The notes below the pieces were generated by a model. It had not been told where the DNA came from. It made no database searches and saw nothing but the letters and a program-made list of their open reading frames with translations. From an uncultured delta proteobacterium (lineage in GTDB: Bacteria > Desulfobacterota > Syntrophia > Syntrophales > UBA5619), in assembly GCA_963817385.1 (NCBI GenBank), contig CAWFOM010000001.1:160001-224000 (forward strand): a stretch of 64,000 bases of DNA, read 5' to 3'. Shown here piece after piece: positions 10,280-21,320 of the stretch (its first letter is position 1; each line of letters begins with the position of its first letter). The translations under genes were made by a program, and so were the position numbers.

Positions 10280-11731
10280 TCAGCATGCGCACCCCGCCGC
10301 GACCGGCGGGCGTCGTCGCGCGACCTCTGTTTCCTTCTCGAAGGCGTGCGCGAGTTGAAGCACGCCGAAGTCATCCCGATACCGGCCGACGATCTGCAGC
10401 CCGACGGGCAGGGCGGGTATATCGTCCGTGAATCCCGCCGGCACCGAGATCGCCGGGTGGCTGGTGACCGTGATGTAGTAGCAGGTCTTCATCCAGTCGA
10501 TGTAGTTGCCGAGCTTTACGCCGTTGATCGTGTCGACGTAGGGCTGCGTCACCGGGAAGGGCGCCACCTGGTTCACCGGCAGGAGCAGGTAGTCGTACCG
10601 CTCCATGAACTCGCGCATGCGCCGGTAGAGGTCCGACCGGAGCGCCATCGCGCGGGCGATCCGCGGCCCGTCGAGCTTGAGGCCCTCCTCGATGTTCCAG
10701 ATCACCGTCTCCTTGATCTGCCCGCGGTGCTTCCCGAGGAGCTCCGCGTACTTCTGGACGAAACCAACGGCGCGCAGCACGTGGAACACCTCGTCCGCAC
10801 CGGAGAGGTCCGGTTCGGCTTCCTCGACGATACAGCCGAGCGCAGCGAACACCCCGCGGCGCGCTTCGAGCACCTCCGTGACGCGCTTCTCCACGGGGAG
10901 CCCGCCGAGGCTCTTCGACCAGGCGATGCGCACGTTCCTGAAATCCCTGGCGAGCGGCCGGGCAAAGAGTCTTCCAGGTTCGGTGATACTGATCGGCGAG
11001 CGCGGGTCGGGGCCCGCCATCGCGGAGAAGAGGAAGGCCGCGTCCTCAACCGAGCGCGCCAGCGGGCCGATCACCGAGAGGCTCGCCCAGGCGTCGACGG
11101 CCGGATAATACGGCACGCGTCCCGGAGTCGGGCGGAAGCCCACCACGTTGCAAAAGTTACCCGGGTTTCGGAGGCTTGCGCCGAGGTCCGATCCGTCGGC
11201 GAAGGGAAGCATGCCGCAGGCGACCGCGACCGCAGCACCGCCCGAAGAGCCGCCGCAGGTCTTGTTGAGGTCATAGGGATTGAGCGTCGCGCCGAACACG
11301 CTGTTGAAGGTTTGGCTCCCCGCGGCAAACTCGGGGGTGTTGGTCTTGCCGATGGTGATCGCGCCGGCGGCCGTGAGCCGCTCGACCAGTACGTGGTCCT
11401 CGGCGGGAACATGGTCGGCGTAGATCGGCGATCCGTAGGTGGTGCGGATCCCTTTCGTCGGGACGATGTCCTTGTAGGCGATCGGCAGCCCCGCCAATGG
11501 TCCTGATGCGGGCCCCTCCCCGTCGGCTCCCTTCGGACGGGCGAGACACGCGTCAAGCTTCTCCGCCGCCTTGAGCGCCTGCTCGGGAAGGAACGTGACG
11601 ATGGCGTTCACCTTGGGGTTGAGGCGCCCGATCTGCGCGATGTGCGCGCGCATCACCTCGGCGGCCGAGATCTTGCGGGTGCGGATGAGGCGCGCGAGCT
11701 TGCGTGCGGACTGAAAGACGATATCGTTCAT
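10280..11731 (-). CDS. Amidase-signature family enzyme
   Basis: GKTNTPEF, GGSSGG, GSDLGASLRNP motifs. Confidence 0.92.
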   Translation of the reverse strand: MNDIVFQSARKLARLIRTRKISAAEVMRAHIAQIGRLNPKVNAIVTFLPEQALKAAEKLDACLARPKGADGEGPASGPLAGLPIAYKDIVPTKGIRTTYGSPIYADHVPAEDHVLVERLTAAGAITIGKTNTPEFAAGSQTFNSVFGATLNPYDLNKTCGGSSGGAAVAVACGMLPFADGSDLGASLRNPGNFCNVVGFRPTPGRVPYYPAVDAWASLSVIGPLARSVEDAAFLFSAMAGPDPRSPISITEPGRLFARPLARDFRNVRIAWSKSLGGLPVEKRVTEVLEARRGVFAALGCIVEEAEPDLSGADEVFHVLRAVGFVQKYAELLGKHRGQIKETVIWNIEEGLKLDGPRIARAMALRSDLYRRMREFMERYDYLLLPVNQVAPFPVTQPYVDTINGVKLGNYIDWMKTCYYITVTSHPAISVPAGFTDDIPALPVGLQIVGRYRDDFGVLQLAHAFEKETEVARRRPPVAAGCAC

Positions 11732-11924
11732 AGCTACCTCCGATCAGGATTATACCGAATATCTCCCGGACCTGGCTACTTATTTCTGCCGTGAATTTTT
11801 CCCGATGTGCGGAGGTGTTCTCGTTATTGACTCACCGGGGTCGCACAGGGTACACTACGAACTCACAAGCGCGATTCTTATCGAAATAGGAGGTTCATTA
11901 CAGCCATGAAAAGAATGGAGACGC

Positions 11925-13202
11925 ATGGCAAACGCGAATGAAGGCCCCGGCGGAGGGACGACAGCCAGGGAATCGCTGGCCTGCTGGCTCGGCATCAACA
12001 GCGCCACGGTCGGCGTTCTGGTGGTCGTCGGGGGCCTGGGTTTTGCGGAAGAGATATGGCGAAACTTCCTGGCTATCCATCTCAAGGATACCGTCACCGG
12101 CGTCAATGAGGCCTCCCGGGTTTTGGAAGCCGCCAAGTACATGGGGCTCTTTGCCTTCTGCGCCAATCTGTTCGAGGGATTCGGATACATGATCGGCGGC
12201 AGGGTGGCCCACCGCCTGGGGGCGCGCTCGGCGTTGATCGTTTCGGCGGTCCCGATGCTCCTGGGTTTCATCCTCCTGCTCGTGATCCGCCATCCCCTGG
12301 CCATCGTCTTCAGCGCGCTTCTAATCAGCAACTGGGAACCCCTCTCCGTGCCTGCCACCTTCGCCGTGGTGGGCTGCGAGGTTCCCAAAAACCGCCGGGC
12401 GATCGCCTTTGCCGTCCAGAGCATCTCGAAACGATTGCCGAAGATCCTGGGCCCGCTGGTGGGGGGCGTGGCCATGGCGGTGGGATTCTGGCTGAACCTC
12501 TCCATGGCCTTCGGTTTTGTCGTGGTTGCCTGCCTGATCCAGTTCTTCCTGCTGGCGCGCATGCGTCCCATGAATGATGCGGCGCCCATTCCCATCCGGC
12601 AGGTGCTGGCCAGGATTCCCCGGGATTTGAAACTCCTGCTCTCCGCGGAAATTTTTCTGCGCTGGGGCGACTGGTTCGTCCGGGACTTTGCCGTTCTTTA
12701 CGTCGTGGGGGTTTTGGGGCGGAGCAATCAGGAAGCGGGTGTCCTGCTTGCCCTCACCAGCTTCACGGCGCTTCTGACCTACATCCCCGTAGGCAAGATG
12801 GTGGACCGCTCCCCCAGTCCCAAGCCGTTCATAACCCTGACCTTCTTTCTTTTTGCGCTGTTTCCGATCAACCTGGTCGTGCTGCCCCGTCTCCTGCCGT
12901 CTCTCGGAGTGCCGCTGTCGCTGGCCCTCAGCCTGGTATTCGTTCTGAACGGCCTGCGTGAAATCGGTGAGCCTGCCCGAAAATCCCTTATCGTCGCCGG
13001 GTTCCCCGCTGAAATCAGGGCGCGGGGGGTTGGGTTATACTGGGGATTGCGTTCCCTGGCCTTTTGTCCCGCGCCCCTTCTCTCCTATTTTTTGTGGAGT
13101 TCCCTGGGGCCTGAGGCCACCTTCCTGATCGGCGGCGCCCTCGGGATGCTCGGCACCGCCTGGTTCGCTTTCCGGGTTACCTGCAAATCCGAAGGGGTTT
13201 AA
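11925..13202 (+). CDS. MFS transporter
   Basis: About 12 TM segments, GGRVAHRLGAR loop motif. Confidence 0.75.
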   Translation: MANANEGPGGGTTARESLACWLGINSATVGVLVVVGGLGFAEEIWRNFLAIHLKDTVTGVNEASRVLEAAKYMGLFAFCANLFEGFGYMIGGRVAHRLGARSALIVSAVPMLLGFILLLVIRHPLAIVFSALLISNWEPLSVPATFAVVGCEVPKNRRAIAFAVQSISKRLPKILGPLVGGVAMAVGFWLNLSMAFGFVVVACLIQFFLLARMRPMNDAAPIPIRQVLARIPRDLKLLLSAEIFLRWGDWFVRDFAVLYVVGVLGRSNQEAGVLLALTSFTALLTYIPVGKMVDRSPSPKPFITLTFFLFALFPINLVVLPRLLPSLGVPLSLALSLVFVLNGLREIGEPARKSLIVAGFPAEIRARGVGLYWGLRSLAFCPAPLLSYFLWSSLGPEATFLIGGALGMLGTAWFAFRVTCKSEGV

Positions 13203-13278
13203 TGGCCGATGCACCGATTCGATCCGGCAGGGTATCGAAAAATGCACTTCTGCGGCGTCTAGCTCCGGGCCTCATCGC

Positions 13279-13749
13279 TCAACGTATTTCCGGGATCTTG
13301 TTCTTCAACCGTCTCATCAAAAAGCTGTCCAGTTGGTTGACAAAAGCCTGGCAGTCCTTTTTACTGAACAGCGATGGACCGCCCGTCATCATGCCGCCGT
13401 CCCGGAGCTCGCTCAGCAGGTCGCGCATGGCCAGCCTGTCTTTGATGTTGCCCTCCGTATAGAGCTTGCCTCTCGGGTTGAGCGCAAAGGCGCCCTTCGC
13501 AACGACCCGGTCTGCAAGCGGGATGTCCGCGGTGATCACCAAGTCGCCGGGCTCTGCCATCTCAACGATGCGATCATCGGCCACATCGGGTCCTTCCGGA
13601 ACGATGATGCTTGAAATGACGGCCGACGGTTCATATCTCACCTTTTTGTTGGCCACAAATACCAGGGGGACCTGCAGGCGTAGTGCGGCCCTGATCACGA
13701 GATCCTTGGCCGCAGTCGGAAACCCGTCCGCATCGACATATATCCGCAT
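13279..13749 (-). CDS. yaiI: YaiI/YqxD (UPF0178) family protein
   Basis: IYVDADG, DVADD, GDLVITADIPLA motifs. Confidence 0.9.
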   Translation of the reverse strand: MRIYVDADGFPTAAKDLVIRAALRLQVPLVFVANKKVRYEPSAVISSIIVPEGPDVADDRIVEMAEPGDLVITADIPLADRVVAKGAFALNPRGKLYTEGNIKDRLAMRDLLSELRDGGMMTGGPSLFSKKDCQAFVNQLDSFLMRRLKNKIPEIR

Positions 13750-13760
13750 TTGCGACCTTC

Positions 13761-13958
13761 TCAGGCATCCAAAATCTCTTTGACCCTGCCCACGATGCCG
13801 CTTTGCAGGCGCACCTTGATGCCATGGGGGTGGCTGGCTGATTTCGTGAGGATATCCCGGACGATGCCTTCAGTCAGCTTGCCGCTGGACTGATCCTCCT
13901 TCCGGACGACCTTCACCTGCACACCGGGTCTTAGCTCGGATCGATTCGTTCCATTCAT
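13761..13958 (-). CDS. ywbE: YwbE-family protein
   Basis: KEDQSSGKLTEGIVRDILTKSASHPHGIKVRL...GRV signature; 65 aa. Confidence 0.88.
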   Translation of the reverse strand: MNGTNRSELRPGVQVKVVRKEDQSSGKLTEGIVRDILTKSASHPHGIKVRLQSGIVGRVKEILDA

Positions 13959-13987
13959 GGGCCATGGGCAGTCCGCCGACCCTCCTT

Positions 13988-14149
13988 TCACCTCCGCGCC
14001 AGGGCAAGCCGAATGCCGAAGGCGGTGACGATGGCCGGCCTTCTCCCTCGGGTGATCCCCTGGGTCACGACGAAGATGTTGTCGGGACCGGGCGCTATCG
14101 TAAGGGCGACGGAGGCGCCGAGAAAGGTCAGCAGCGTGGAGAGCGTCAT
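13988..14149 (-). pseudogene. Internally deleted LysE/RhtB translocator (53-aa ORF)
   Basis: Hand translation MTLSTLLTFLGASVALTIAPGPDNIFVVTQGITRGRRPAIVTAFGIRLALARR*: LysE N-terminal PGPDN motif joined in frame to a LysE-like C-terminal tail. Confidence 0.75.
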
Positions 14150-14180
14150 TGCGAGATCCTTTTTTTGCGGCCAAACGGTC

Positions 14181-15296
14181 TCAGGAAACGGCCAGATGCT
14201 TGTGCATGTTTCCGACGATCTCGGTGGCCTCCTTCATGATCCGGTCAATCAGTTCCTGAACCTTGGGCAGATCGTCCACCCGTTGCGCGCATTCGCCTCC
14301 CGCCATCAGCGCATTTTCCCGGTCGCCCATGCAGACGGCCTTGATGCCGAGTCTCTCATATTCGATCAATTCCATCGGGACGGTGCTCCAATCATCCGGA
14401 ACGCCGGTAAACACACCGGGAGATTTGACGACGGAATTGTGGAGATGGATGACGCTGGAGGGGGTTTTCAGCCACCGCGCAGGCCCGACAATGCCGCGGG
14501 CGACCAGGGTCCCCCGGTCCCCTGTCTTTACGACCTGTTCCTTCCACAGGGGATGGAAGTCGCTCTCCTGGGTCGCCAGGAGTCTTGTCCCCATCTGCAC
14601 CCCGGCTGCTCCCATCGCGATGGCCGCCGCCAGGGTCTTGCCGTCGCAGAATCCGCCCGCCCCCACCACGGGGAAACTCGGATCTGCGATGGCATCGATC
14701 ACGGCAGGCAGCAATACCATCGAGTGGACCGGTTCCCAGGCAATGTGGAAACCGCCCTCATGGCCGGAAGCGACGATGCAGTCCACCCCCGCTTTCTTGC
14801 ATCTGAGGGCGCCTTTTACCGACGGTACGACGTGCAACCAGGTAAATCCGGCTGATTTGATCTTATCGCGCCAGGGGACGGGATCGCCGGCCGAGGTGAA
14901 GAGAACCTTGAAATGCTCCTTCATCGCGGGGTTCGCCTCACGGACGCGGATCGCCGTATCGATCAGGATCTGCGCTTGGTCGAGCAGTTCCGTCGACACC
15001 ATCACGTTAATTCCGAAGATGCCGCCCCGGTCTTTCGTGAGTCGCCAGGTCCTCTTCAGGATCTTTTCGAGCACCAGGGCCATATTGTCCTCCATCGACG
15101 CCTCGCCGCTCTCCACAAACGCCTTGTATATCCAGGGTTGCCCTTCCTTGTCCAAAAGTCCGCTGGTGGAAAGCAGACCGAGCACCCCTGCATTGGCCGC
15201 GGCGACGCAGAGGTTATTGTTACTGAACGGACCCATGCCCGCCTGGATGATGGGATGTTTGATCCCGAGCAGTTCGGTAAGTCTGGTTTTCAGCAT
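14181..15296 (-). CDS. Nitronate monooxygenase / FabK-like flavin oxidoreductase
   Basis: KHPIIQAGMG, GHEGGFH, GAGGFCDG, GVQMGTR motifs. Confidence 0.88.
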   Translation of the reverse strand: MLKTRLTELLGIKHPIIQAGMGPFSNNNLCVAAANAGVLGLLSTSGLLDKEGQPWIYKAFVESGEASMEDNMALVLEKILKRTWRLTKDRGGIFGINVMVSTELLDQAQILIDTAIRVREANPAMKEHFKVLFTSAGDPVPWRDKIKSAGFTWLHVVPSVKGALRCKKAGVDCIVASGHEGGFHIAWEPVHSMVLLPAVIDAIADPSFPVVGAGGFCDGKTLAAAIAMGAAGVQMGTRLLATQESDFHPLWKEQVVKTGDRGTLVARGIVGPARWLKTPSSVIHLHNSVVKSPGVFTGVPDDWSTVPMELIEYERLGIKAVCMGDRENALMAGGECAQRVDDLPKVQELIDRIMKEATEIVGNMHKHLAVS

Positions 15297-15469
15297 TTTC
15301 GTCCCCCCTTCGATTCGTGAATCCGGCAGCGCTGCCAACCCCGCAACACGCCCCGGAATAATAAATGCGTCATGATACCGTCCCGCGAGGATCCCATCTT
15401 CTCCGCAACAGGCCACGGGACGTTCATTGCCCCGGTTTTTGCATATCCCGGCGATTACGCGCCGCTCCT

Positions 15470-17549
15470 TTAGGTGAACGTCCTCCCTTCAGCGGCGAGC
15501 TTTGCCAGAAGCGGCGCAGGCTTCCAGAACTCGCCGTGGCGGCCTTTCGCGTATTTCTCCATCGCCGCGACCACGTTGGGGAGGCCGACGGTGTCGGCAT
15601 AAAACATGGGACCGCCGCGGTGCAATGGGAAGCCGTACCCCGTGATATAGATGATGTCGATGTCCGACGCGCGCTGCGCGATTCCCTCCGCGAGGATGTA
15701 GGCGGCCTCATTCACCAGGGCGTATACCAGGCGCTCGACGATCTCCGTATCGTCGATCACGCGCCGCTCCACGCCGATCGCCTTCGAGTGGTTGACGATC
15801 ATGGCGTTGACGATTTCGGACGGATAGGCCTTGCGGTCGCCCGGCTTGTAGTCGTACCAGCCGGCGCCGGTCTTCTGGCCGAAACGGCCCATCTCACAGA
15901 GCAGATCCGCGGTCTTGGAGTAGATCACGTCCGGGCGCTCCGCATAGCGGCGTTTGCGGATATACCAGCCGACGTCGTTTCCGGCGAGATCGCCCATCCG
16001 GAAGGGGCCCATGGCGAACCCGAAAACCTCCATCGCTTTGTCCATCTGCTCCGGTAGGCACCCTTCATCGAGGAGGAAACCGGCCTGCCGCCCGTATTGC
16101 TCGATCATGCGGTTCCCGATGAAGCCGTCGCACACCCCTGACACCACGCCGATCTTCCTGATCTTCTTGGCGAGTGCCATGATCGTGGCGAGCACGTCCT
16201 TGGCGGTCTTTTCGCCGCGCACGATCTCCAGAAGCCTCATGATGTTGGCCGGGCTGAAGAAGTGCGTGCCGATCACGTCTTGCGGCCGCTTGGTGAAGCC
16301 CGCGATCTTGTTGACGTCGAGAGTGGAGGTGTTGGAGGCGAGGATCGCGCCGGACTTCATCACGAGGTCGAGCTTTCTGAACACCTTCTCCTTGATGCCC
16401 ATCTCCTCGAACACCGCCTCGATGACGATGTCGGCATTCTTGATATCGTCGTAGGACAAGGTGCCCCGGATGAGCCCCACGCGCTGATCGAATTTCTCCT
16501 GCGTGAGGCGCCCCTTCTTGAGGGAGCTCTCGTAATTTTTGCGGACCGTAGCCAGGCCCTTATCGAGCGCCTCCTGATTCACCTCCAGGACGACGACCGG
16601 AATCCCGGCGTTGGCGAAGTTCATGGCGATCCCGCCCCCCATGGTGCCGGCGCCGACGACCGCGGCCGTCTTGATCGGGCGCTTCGGCGTCTCTTCGGGC
16701 ACGTCGGGGATCTTGGCGGCCGCGCGCTCGCCGAAGAAATAGTGGCGCAGGGCCTTGCTTTCGGTGGTCTGGACGAGCATCGAGAAAATTTTCGCGCTCC
16801 ACCTTCATCCCCTCCTCGAAGGGCATGGTGACGGCGGCCTCCACGCAGTCGACGCATTTGAGCGGCGCCGGGAAGTTTTTCGACGCCCCAGCGACGGTGG
16901 CGCGCGCCGTCGTAAAGAAGGCCTCGCGGTCCGGAAGGTCGATCCCGATGTCGCGCACCTTCGGGAGCGGCCGCCGCTCGGCGATCTCCCCGGCGAAGGC
17001 CAGTGCCCCCGCCATCAGGTCGCCCTCGATCATCCGGTCGAAGAGCTTCGTGCCGGCGAGTTTCTCCGACGGTGTCGGATTGCCGGTAACGATCATGGTG
17101 AGGGCGGTTTCCACGCCGACCACGCGCGGCAGGCGCTGGGTGCCGCCCGCGCCCGGCAGGAGGCCGAGCTTCACCTCGGGAAGGGCGATCTGCGCGCCCG
17201 GCGACGCCACGCGGTAATGACAGCCCAGAGCGAGTTCCAGGCCGCCGCCCATGGCCACCGAGTGGATCGCGGCCACCACCGGTTTTTCGGCGGCCTCGAT
17301 CGCCGCGATGACCGTAAGCAGGTTCGGCTCGGCGAAGGTCTTGGGCGTGTTGAATTCCTTGATGTCGGCGCCGCCGGAGAAGGCCTTGCCCGCGCCGGTG
17401 ATCACAACCGCCTTGACGGCGCCGTCGGCGAGCGCTTTTTTCAGCCCGTCGAAGATGCCGCTGCGGGTCGCATGTCCGAGGCCGTTGACCGGCGGGTTGT
17501 TCATGGTGATGACCGCGATGACGCCCTTGACTTCATAGTCTGCGCTCAT
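15470..17549 (-). CDS. Bifunctional enoyl-CoA hydratase / 3-hydroxyacyl-CoA dehydrogenase (FadB/FadJ-like), one frameshift near 16785
   Basis: Crotonase motifs (FSGGADI, GGGLELAL, PGAGGTQRLPR) in 16560..17564 and HCDH motifs (GAGTMGGGIA, ASNTSTL, HFFSPA) in 15470..16780. Confidence 0.88.
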
Positions 17550-17614
17550 AGGACCTCCTGGCAAAAATGGTTGATGTGCCGAAGTTGGAAGGATCTTTTC
17601 GTGTACGCCGGGAA

Positions 17615-17643
17615 ACTGTAAGAAGAACGGCCCCGGATGTCAA
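17615..17643 (-). promoter_or_regulatory. Putative sigma70 promoter of the FadB-like gene
   Basis: TTGACA-N17-TACAGT on the minus strand. Confidence 0.55.
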
Positions 17644-17858
17644 TAAGTATTTGCCGCCCTGTCAGACCGGACTGAGTATACCGAGACCCTAACGTATCTC
17701 ATGCATGTGGTCGATGTGAAATCGCACATGAAACTGCCCCAAGCCCCCGATCATGCCTTCCAGTGCCGGATATTCCCCTAACGGCGAGTCTTTGAGCGTG
17801 GGAATATACGCCTTCCGGTCGAGCTGTTCCCCGGACAAGCCTGCCGCAAACCAGAGCT

Positions 17859-18557
17859 TCAATCGGCAAGCCCAAGAAAACGCATCGCCATTTCCGGCCC
17901 TTTGGCCTCTTCCTCGTGTTTGAAAAAAACGAACGCCCGCTTCCATTTTTGCGAAAGGATCCGTTCCCTCCATCGTGACAGATCGGCATCCGTATAATCG
18001 GAACGGCGCAGGCGCAGGTACCCCCATGATGCCGTCGAGATGATCTCACTTGCCGGATTCTCATCGGTATCGGCGATGCACAGGCTGCATCCCCGTTCCC
18101 GGAGGAGATCCAGAATTTCACCGTCGAGCCAGGAGGGGCTGCGGAACTCGAATGCGCAGGCAGCCTTGCCGGGAATCAGCCCGAGAAAATATTTCAGCGC
18201 CGGGAGGTCCGCATGAAAACTCTTGGGAAACTGAAAAAGGACCGGCCCCAGTTTCCGCTCCAGAACCGACAGCGTGCTGAAGAGGTACTCGGTCTCCTCG
18301 TCCACATTTCTCAACCGCTTCAGATGCGTTATGACCTGAGGCGCCTTGAGTGCGAAAACAAAATCATCGGGGACCTGCTCCGCCCAGGAGTGAAGGACGC
18401 TCGCGGTGGGCATGTGATAAAAGGTATTATTGATCTCCACCGCGTCGAGGCGCTCCGCATAGAAGCGAAGCATCTCCTCGGGCGGGATCTTTTCGGGATA
18501 GAATTTTCCTTTCCATTCCTTGTGTCCGAACCCGCTCGTACCGACATGGATTTTCAT
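17859..18557 (-). CDS. DUF72 (YecE-family) protein
   Basis: [30 protein letters not shown] motifs. Confidence 0.9.
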   Translation of the reverse strand: MKIHVGTSGFGHKEWKGKFYPEKIPPEEMLRFYAERLDAVEINNTFYHMPTASVLHSWAEQVPDDFVFALKAPQVITHLKRLRNVDEETEYLFSTLSVLERKLGPVLFQFPKSFHADLPALKYFLGLIPGKAACAFEFRSPSWLDGEILDLLRERGCSLCIADTDENPASEIISTASWGYLRLRRSDYTDADLSRWRERILSQKWKRAFVFFKHEEEAKGPEMAMRFLGLAD

Positions 18558-18619
18558 ATCGTCGCTCCTTCAGGGCCGCTGTACAGTATCAGCGGCAAAG
18601 GCGTCGATGAATCAGTCGC

Positions 18620-20242
18620 CTATAGCCGTCTTTCTTCATCATTTATTTCCCCGGGCTCTTCGCGCACCACTTCGCGGGCGGCCTTATCCTCGCGCAGCCG
18701 CAGGAAAACCGGCTGCCGCATGAGACCCTCATCGGTCCAGCCGTGGAAAACAACTTCGCAGACCAGCTCCGGTTTTACCCAGGTGACCGGCGTATTCGTC
18801 TTCGGCTCTACCGTAAAGGGGCACTTCTTCCGGATCAGGGGATCCAGTTTTTCGCGGATTTCGCTGAGAGTCCCGGCACTGAATCCGCCCCCGGTATGAC
18901 CGATGAAAATCAGTTCATTCCCTTTGAACACGCCCAGAACCAGGGCGCCGAAATTCTTTCTGCTCCCCCGCGGTTCCGTGAATCCCGCGATCACGCCCTC
19001 CTGCGTGAGCTGCGTCTTCACCTTCAGCCATTGCCGGCTCCTCCTGCCCACCCGGTAGGCGCTTTGCGATTGTTTGGCGATGATCCCCTCGAGACCCTTT
19101 TCTTTGACGACCCGGAAAAACAGGACCCCCTCTTCCGCGATGTGATCGCTGAATTTTATGTTCGGGGAGGAGGGGAGGATTTTTTTCAGGAGCTCTTTTC
19201 TCCTGATAAGGGGCAGCTTCGTCAGATCACGTCCCCCGAAATGGAGGAGATCGAAGACGTAGTAGATCAGATGACCGCTTCCGGATTTCTGGTAATCCTG
19301 CAGCATCTGGAAATCGGGATGACCCCGATCATCCACGACCACGATTTCACCGTCCAGAACGGCATCGAATCTGAATTTCCCAAGCGTCTCCGCGATGGGA
19401 GAGAACTTCCGGTTGAACGAAATCCGGTTTCGGGAATAGAGCGAAATGTCTCCATCCCGGATTTCGGCAATGGCCCGGTACCCGTCCCATTTCACCTCAA
19501 AAATCCAATCCGGATGATCGAACGGCTCCTTGATCAAGGTCGCGAGCATCGGTTTTATGTTGTGCGGCATCGGCGTAACCGGCGCATCCTTCAGGTCTTC
19601 CCCTTCCATCGCCTCCCGAAGTCGGATTTGATCCATTTTCTTCTGCCGGGAAGATTTCTTCGGATCGGCTTCGGAAACATCCTCCAGGGTCCTGTCGGAG
19701 ACGACGGAACGATTCTCCCTGAGGATGTCCTCCGCGGTCGCATAGCGATCCTTCTTCTTCAAAAGAAGCCACGACTTCTCGTCCTTTCGCGTTTTTACCA
19801 GCGCGAATTCACCCCGAAGCTTTTCGCCTTCGAGGACAAACTTCATATCCCCTTTTCTCAATCCCTCCCGGAGAAGCCGCTCGCTTTCTTTTCCATCGCC
19901 GTCGGAGGGGTGGCGATAAAAGCCCCTGTCCCAGATGATAACGCTTCCTGCGCCGTAATTGCCCTCCGGGATGACGCCCTCGAAATCCCGGTAATCGAGC
20001 GGATGATCTTCAACCATCACGGCCAGCCTTTTTACGGAAGGATTGAGCGATGGCCCCCTCGGGACCGCCCAGCTCTTCAGCACCCCCTCCAGCTCGAGCC
20101 GGAGATCGTAATGGAGGGCCCGGGCCGCGTGCTTCTGAACGACAAAAACGAGACGGTTCCCCTTTCCCCTGCGGCGAAGTGCCGGTTTCGGTTCCGGCGT
20201 TTTCTCGAATGCCCGTCTGGATTCGTAATCCTTTAATCCCAT
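18620..20242 (-). CDS. ligD: LigD: 3'-phosphoesterase domain plus ATP-dependent ligase domain (no polymerase domain)
   Basis: FVVQKHAARALHYDLRLE and EDHPLDY (PE domain); EVKWDGYR, LDGEIV, EGIIAK, WLKVK (ligase). Confidence 0.92.
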   Translation of the reverse strand: MGLKDYESRRAFEKTPEPKPALRRRGKGNRLVFVVQKHAARALHYDLRLELEGVLKSWAVPRGPSLNPSVKRLAVMVEDHPLDYRDFEGVIPEGNYGAGSVIIWDRGFYRHPSDGDGKESERLLREGLRKGDMKFVLEGEKLRGEFALVKTRKDEKSWLLLKKKDRYATAEDILRENRSVVSDRTLEDVSEADPKKSSRQKKMDQIRLREAMEGEDLKDAPVTPMPHNIKPMLATLIKEPFDHPDWIFEVKWDGYRAIAEIRDGDISLYSRNRISFNRKFSPIAETLGKFRFDAVLDGEIVVVDDRGHPDFQMLQDYQKSGSGHLIYYVFDLLHFGGRDLTKLPLIRRKELLKKILPSSPNIKFSDHIAEEGVLFFRVVKEKGLEGIIAKQSQSAYRVGRRSRQWLKVKTQLTQEGVIAGFTEPRGSRKNFGALVLGVFKGNELIFIGHTGGGFSAGTLSEIREKLDPLIRKKCPFTVEPKTNTPVTWVKPELVCEVVFHGWTDEGLMRQPVFLRLREDKAAREVVREEPGEINDEERRL

Positions 20243-20289
20243 GCTGTAAATAATGACCTCGTAAAAAATTCCCCCAATAGTTAATTTCA

Positions 20290-20417
20290 GGACGGCTTCG
20301 TAAAAAGCTCCGCAGGCAAGGCGCGCGAGGCCTGAGGAGTGAGGCGTACTTTGCTGTACGCCGCAACGACGAAGGACGAAGCGCAACGCCGCATCCGGGC
20401 TTTGTACGTAGCCGTCA
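20290..20417. repeat. ~128-bp MITE-like element with terminal inverted repeats
   Basis: GACGGCTTCGTAAAAAGCTC (20291-20310) matches the reverse complement of 20397-20416 at 17/20 positions; non-coding; overlaps the stop of the LigD-Pol gene. Confidence 0.7.
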
Positions 20418-21320
20418 CAGATACGGAAGCTTCTGTTTCTTGACGAGCACCTCTCGAAAGAGGTCGCCTGCTGTTTCGGTTCGGCGCAGGGCTTCCGCAT
20501 GCAGGACGTGCAGCTTTTCCGGATCGCCCTGCCCGGCCAAATCCTCCAGCTCCTTCCAGGCAAGGGGAAACGACACAAACGGTTTTTCCCGTGCCCGCAG
20601 GGAGTAAACGCAGATCATCGTCTTGGAGGCGTCGTTCTGGGACCAGTTGATGAAGACCTTTTTCTTCCGCTCTCCTTTCGCCATTTTCGCCGTCACCAGG
20701 TCCGGATAGTTGCGCTGCAGGACCTCCGCCACGGCCTTCGAAAATTGCTTGGTATCCGCAAAGGTCGCCTCTTTGCGGTTCAGGGGGACATAGACATGGA
20801 GCCCCTTCTGGCCCGAGGTCTTTGCATAGCCGGTCAGCCGCAACCCGGCAAGCAGGTCCCGAATGATCAGCGCCACCCGGGCGCAATCGAGAATGTCGGC
20901 CTGATCGCCGGGATCCAGATCGAAGACCACGGCATCGGGCGTCTCGGGAGAATCGGCCCTGGCCAGAGGCACATGCAGTTCGAGCGACGCAAGGTTCCCC
21001 ACCCAGATCAGCGTGTTGAGATCGTTGATAAGGCAGACCGTCATCCGCTCCCCGTCATGTTGGAGGAGCTCCGCTGTTTTCACCCAGGACGGACGATGGG
21101 AAGGACAGCGCTTCTCGAAAAAGAATTCCTCTTCCACTCCGTCGGGGTAGCGCTTCAGCGTCAGCGCCCGGCCTTTCAAATGGGGCAGGATGAACGGGGC
21201 GATCCGGCGGTAGTATTCCAGGATATGGGCCTTCGTGAAACCGTAGGATGGATAGAGATCCTTTTCCAGGTTCGTGAGAGTTAGTCGTCTGCCGGCAACC
21301 TCCGCGACTTTCTTCGTCAT
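20415..21320 (-). CDS. Stand-alone LigD polymerase (AEP/PrimPol) domain protein
   Basis: LTNLEKDLYP, RYPDG, FFEKR, FDLDP, KTSGQKGLHV motifs. Confidence 0.9.
   Translation of the reverse strand: MTKKVAEVAGRRLTLTNLEKDLYPSYGFTKAHILEYYRRIAPFILPHLKGRALTLKRYPDGVEEEFFFEKRCPSHRPSWVKTAELLQHDGERMTVCLINDLNTLIWVGNLASLELHVPLARADSPETPDAVVFDLDPGDQADILDCARVALIIRDLLAGLRLTGYAKTSGQKGLHVYVPLNRKEATFADTKQFSKAVAEVLQRNYPDLVTAKMAKGERKKKVFINWSQNDASKTMICVYSLRAREKPFVSFPLAWKELEDLAGQGDPEKLHVLHAEALRRTETAGDLFREVLVKKQKLPYL

Noticed and set aside
17688..17782. Two CCCTAAC motifs as an attC site
   Set aside because: Both are in the same orientation, with no complementary arm or cassette context
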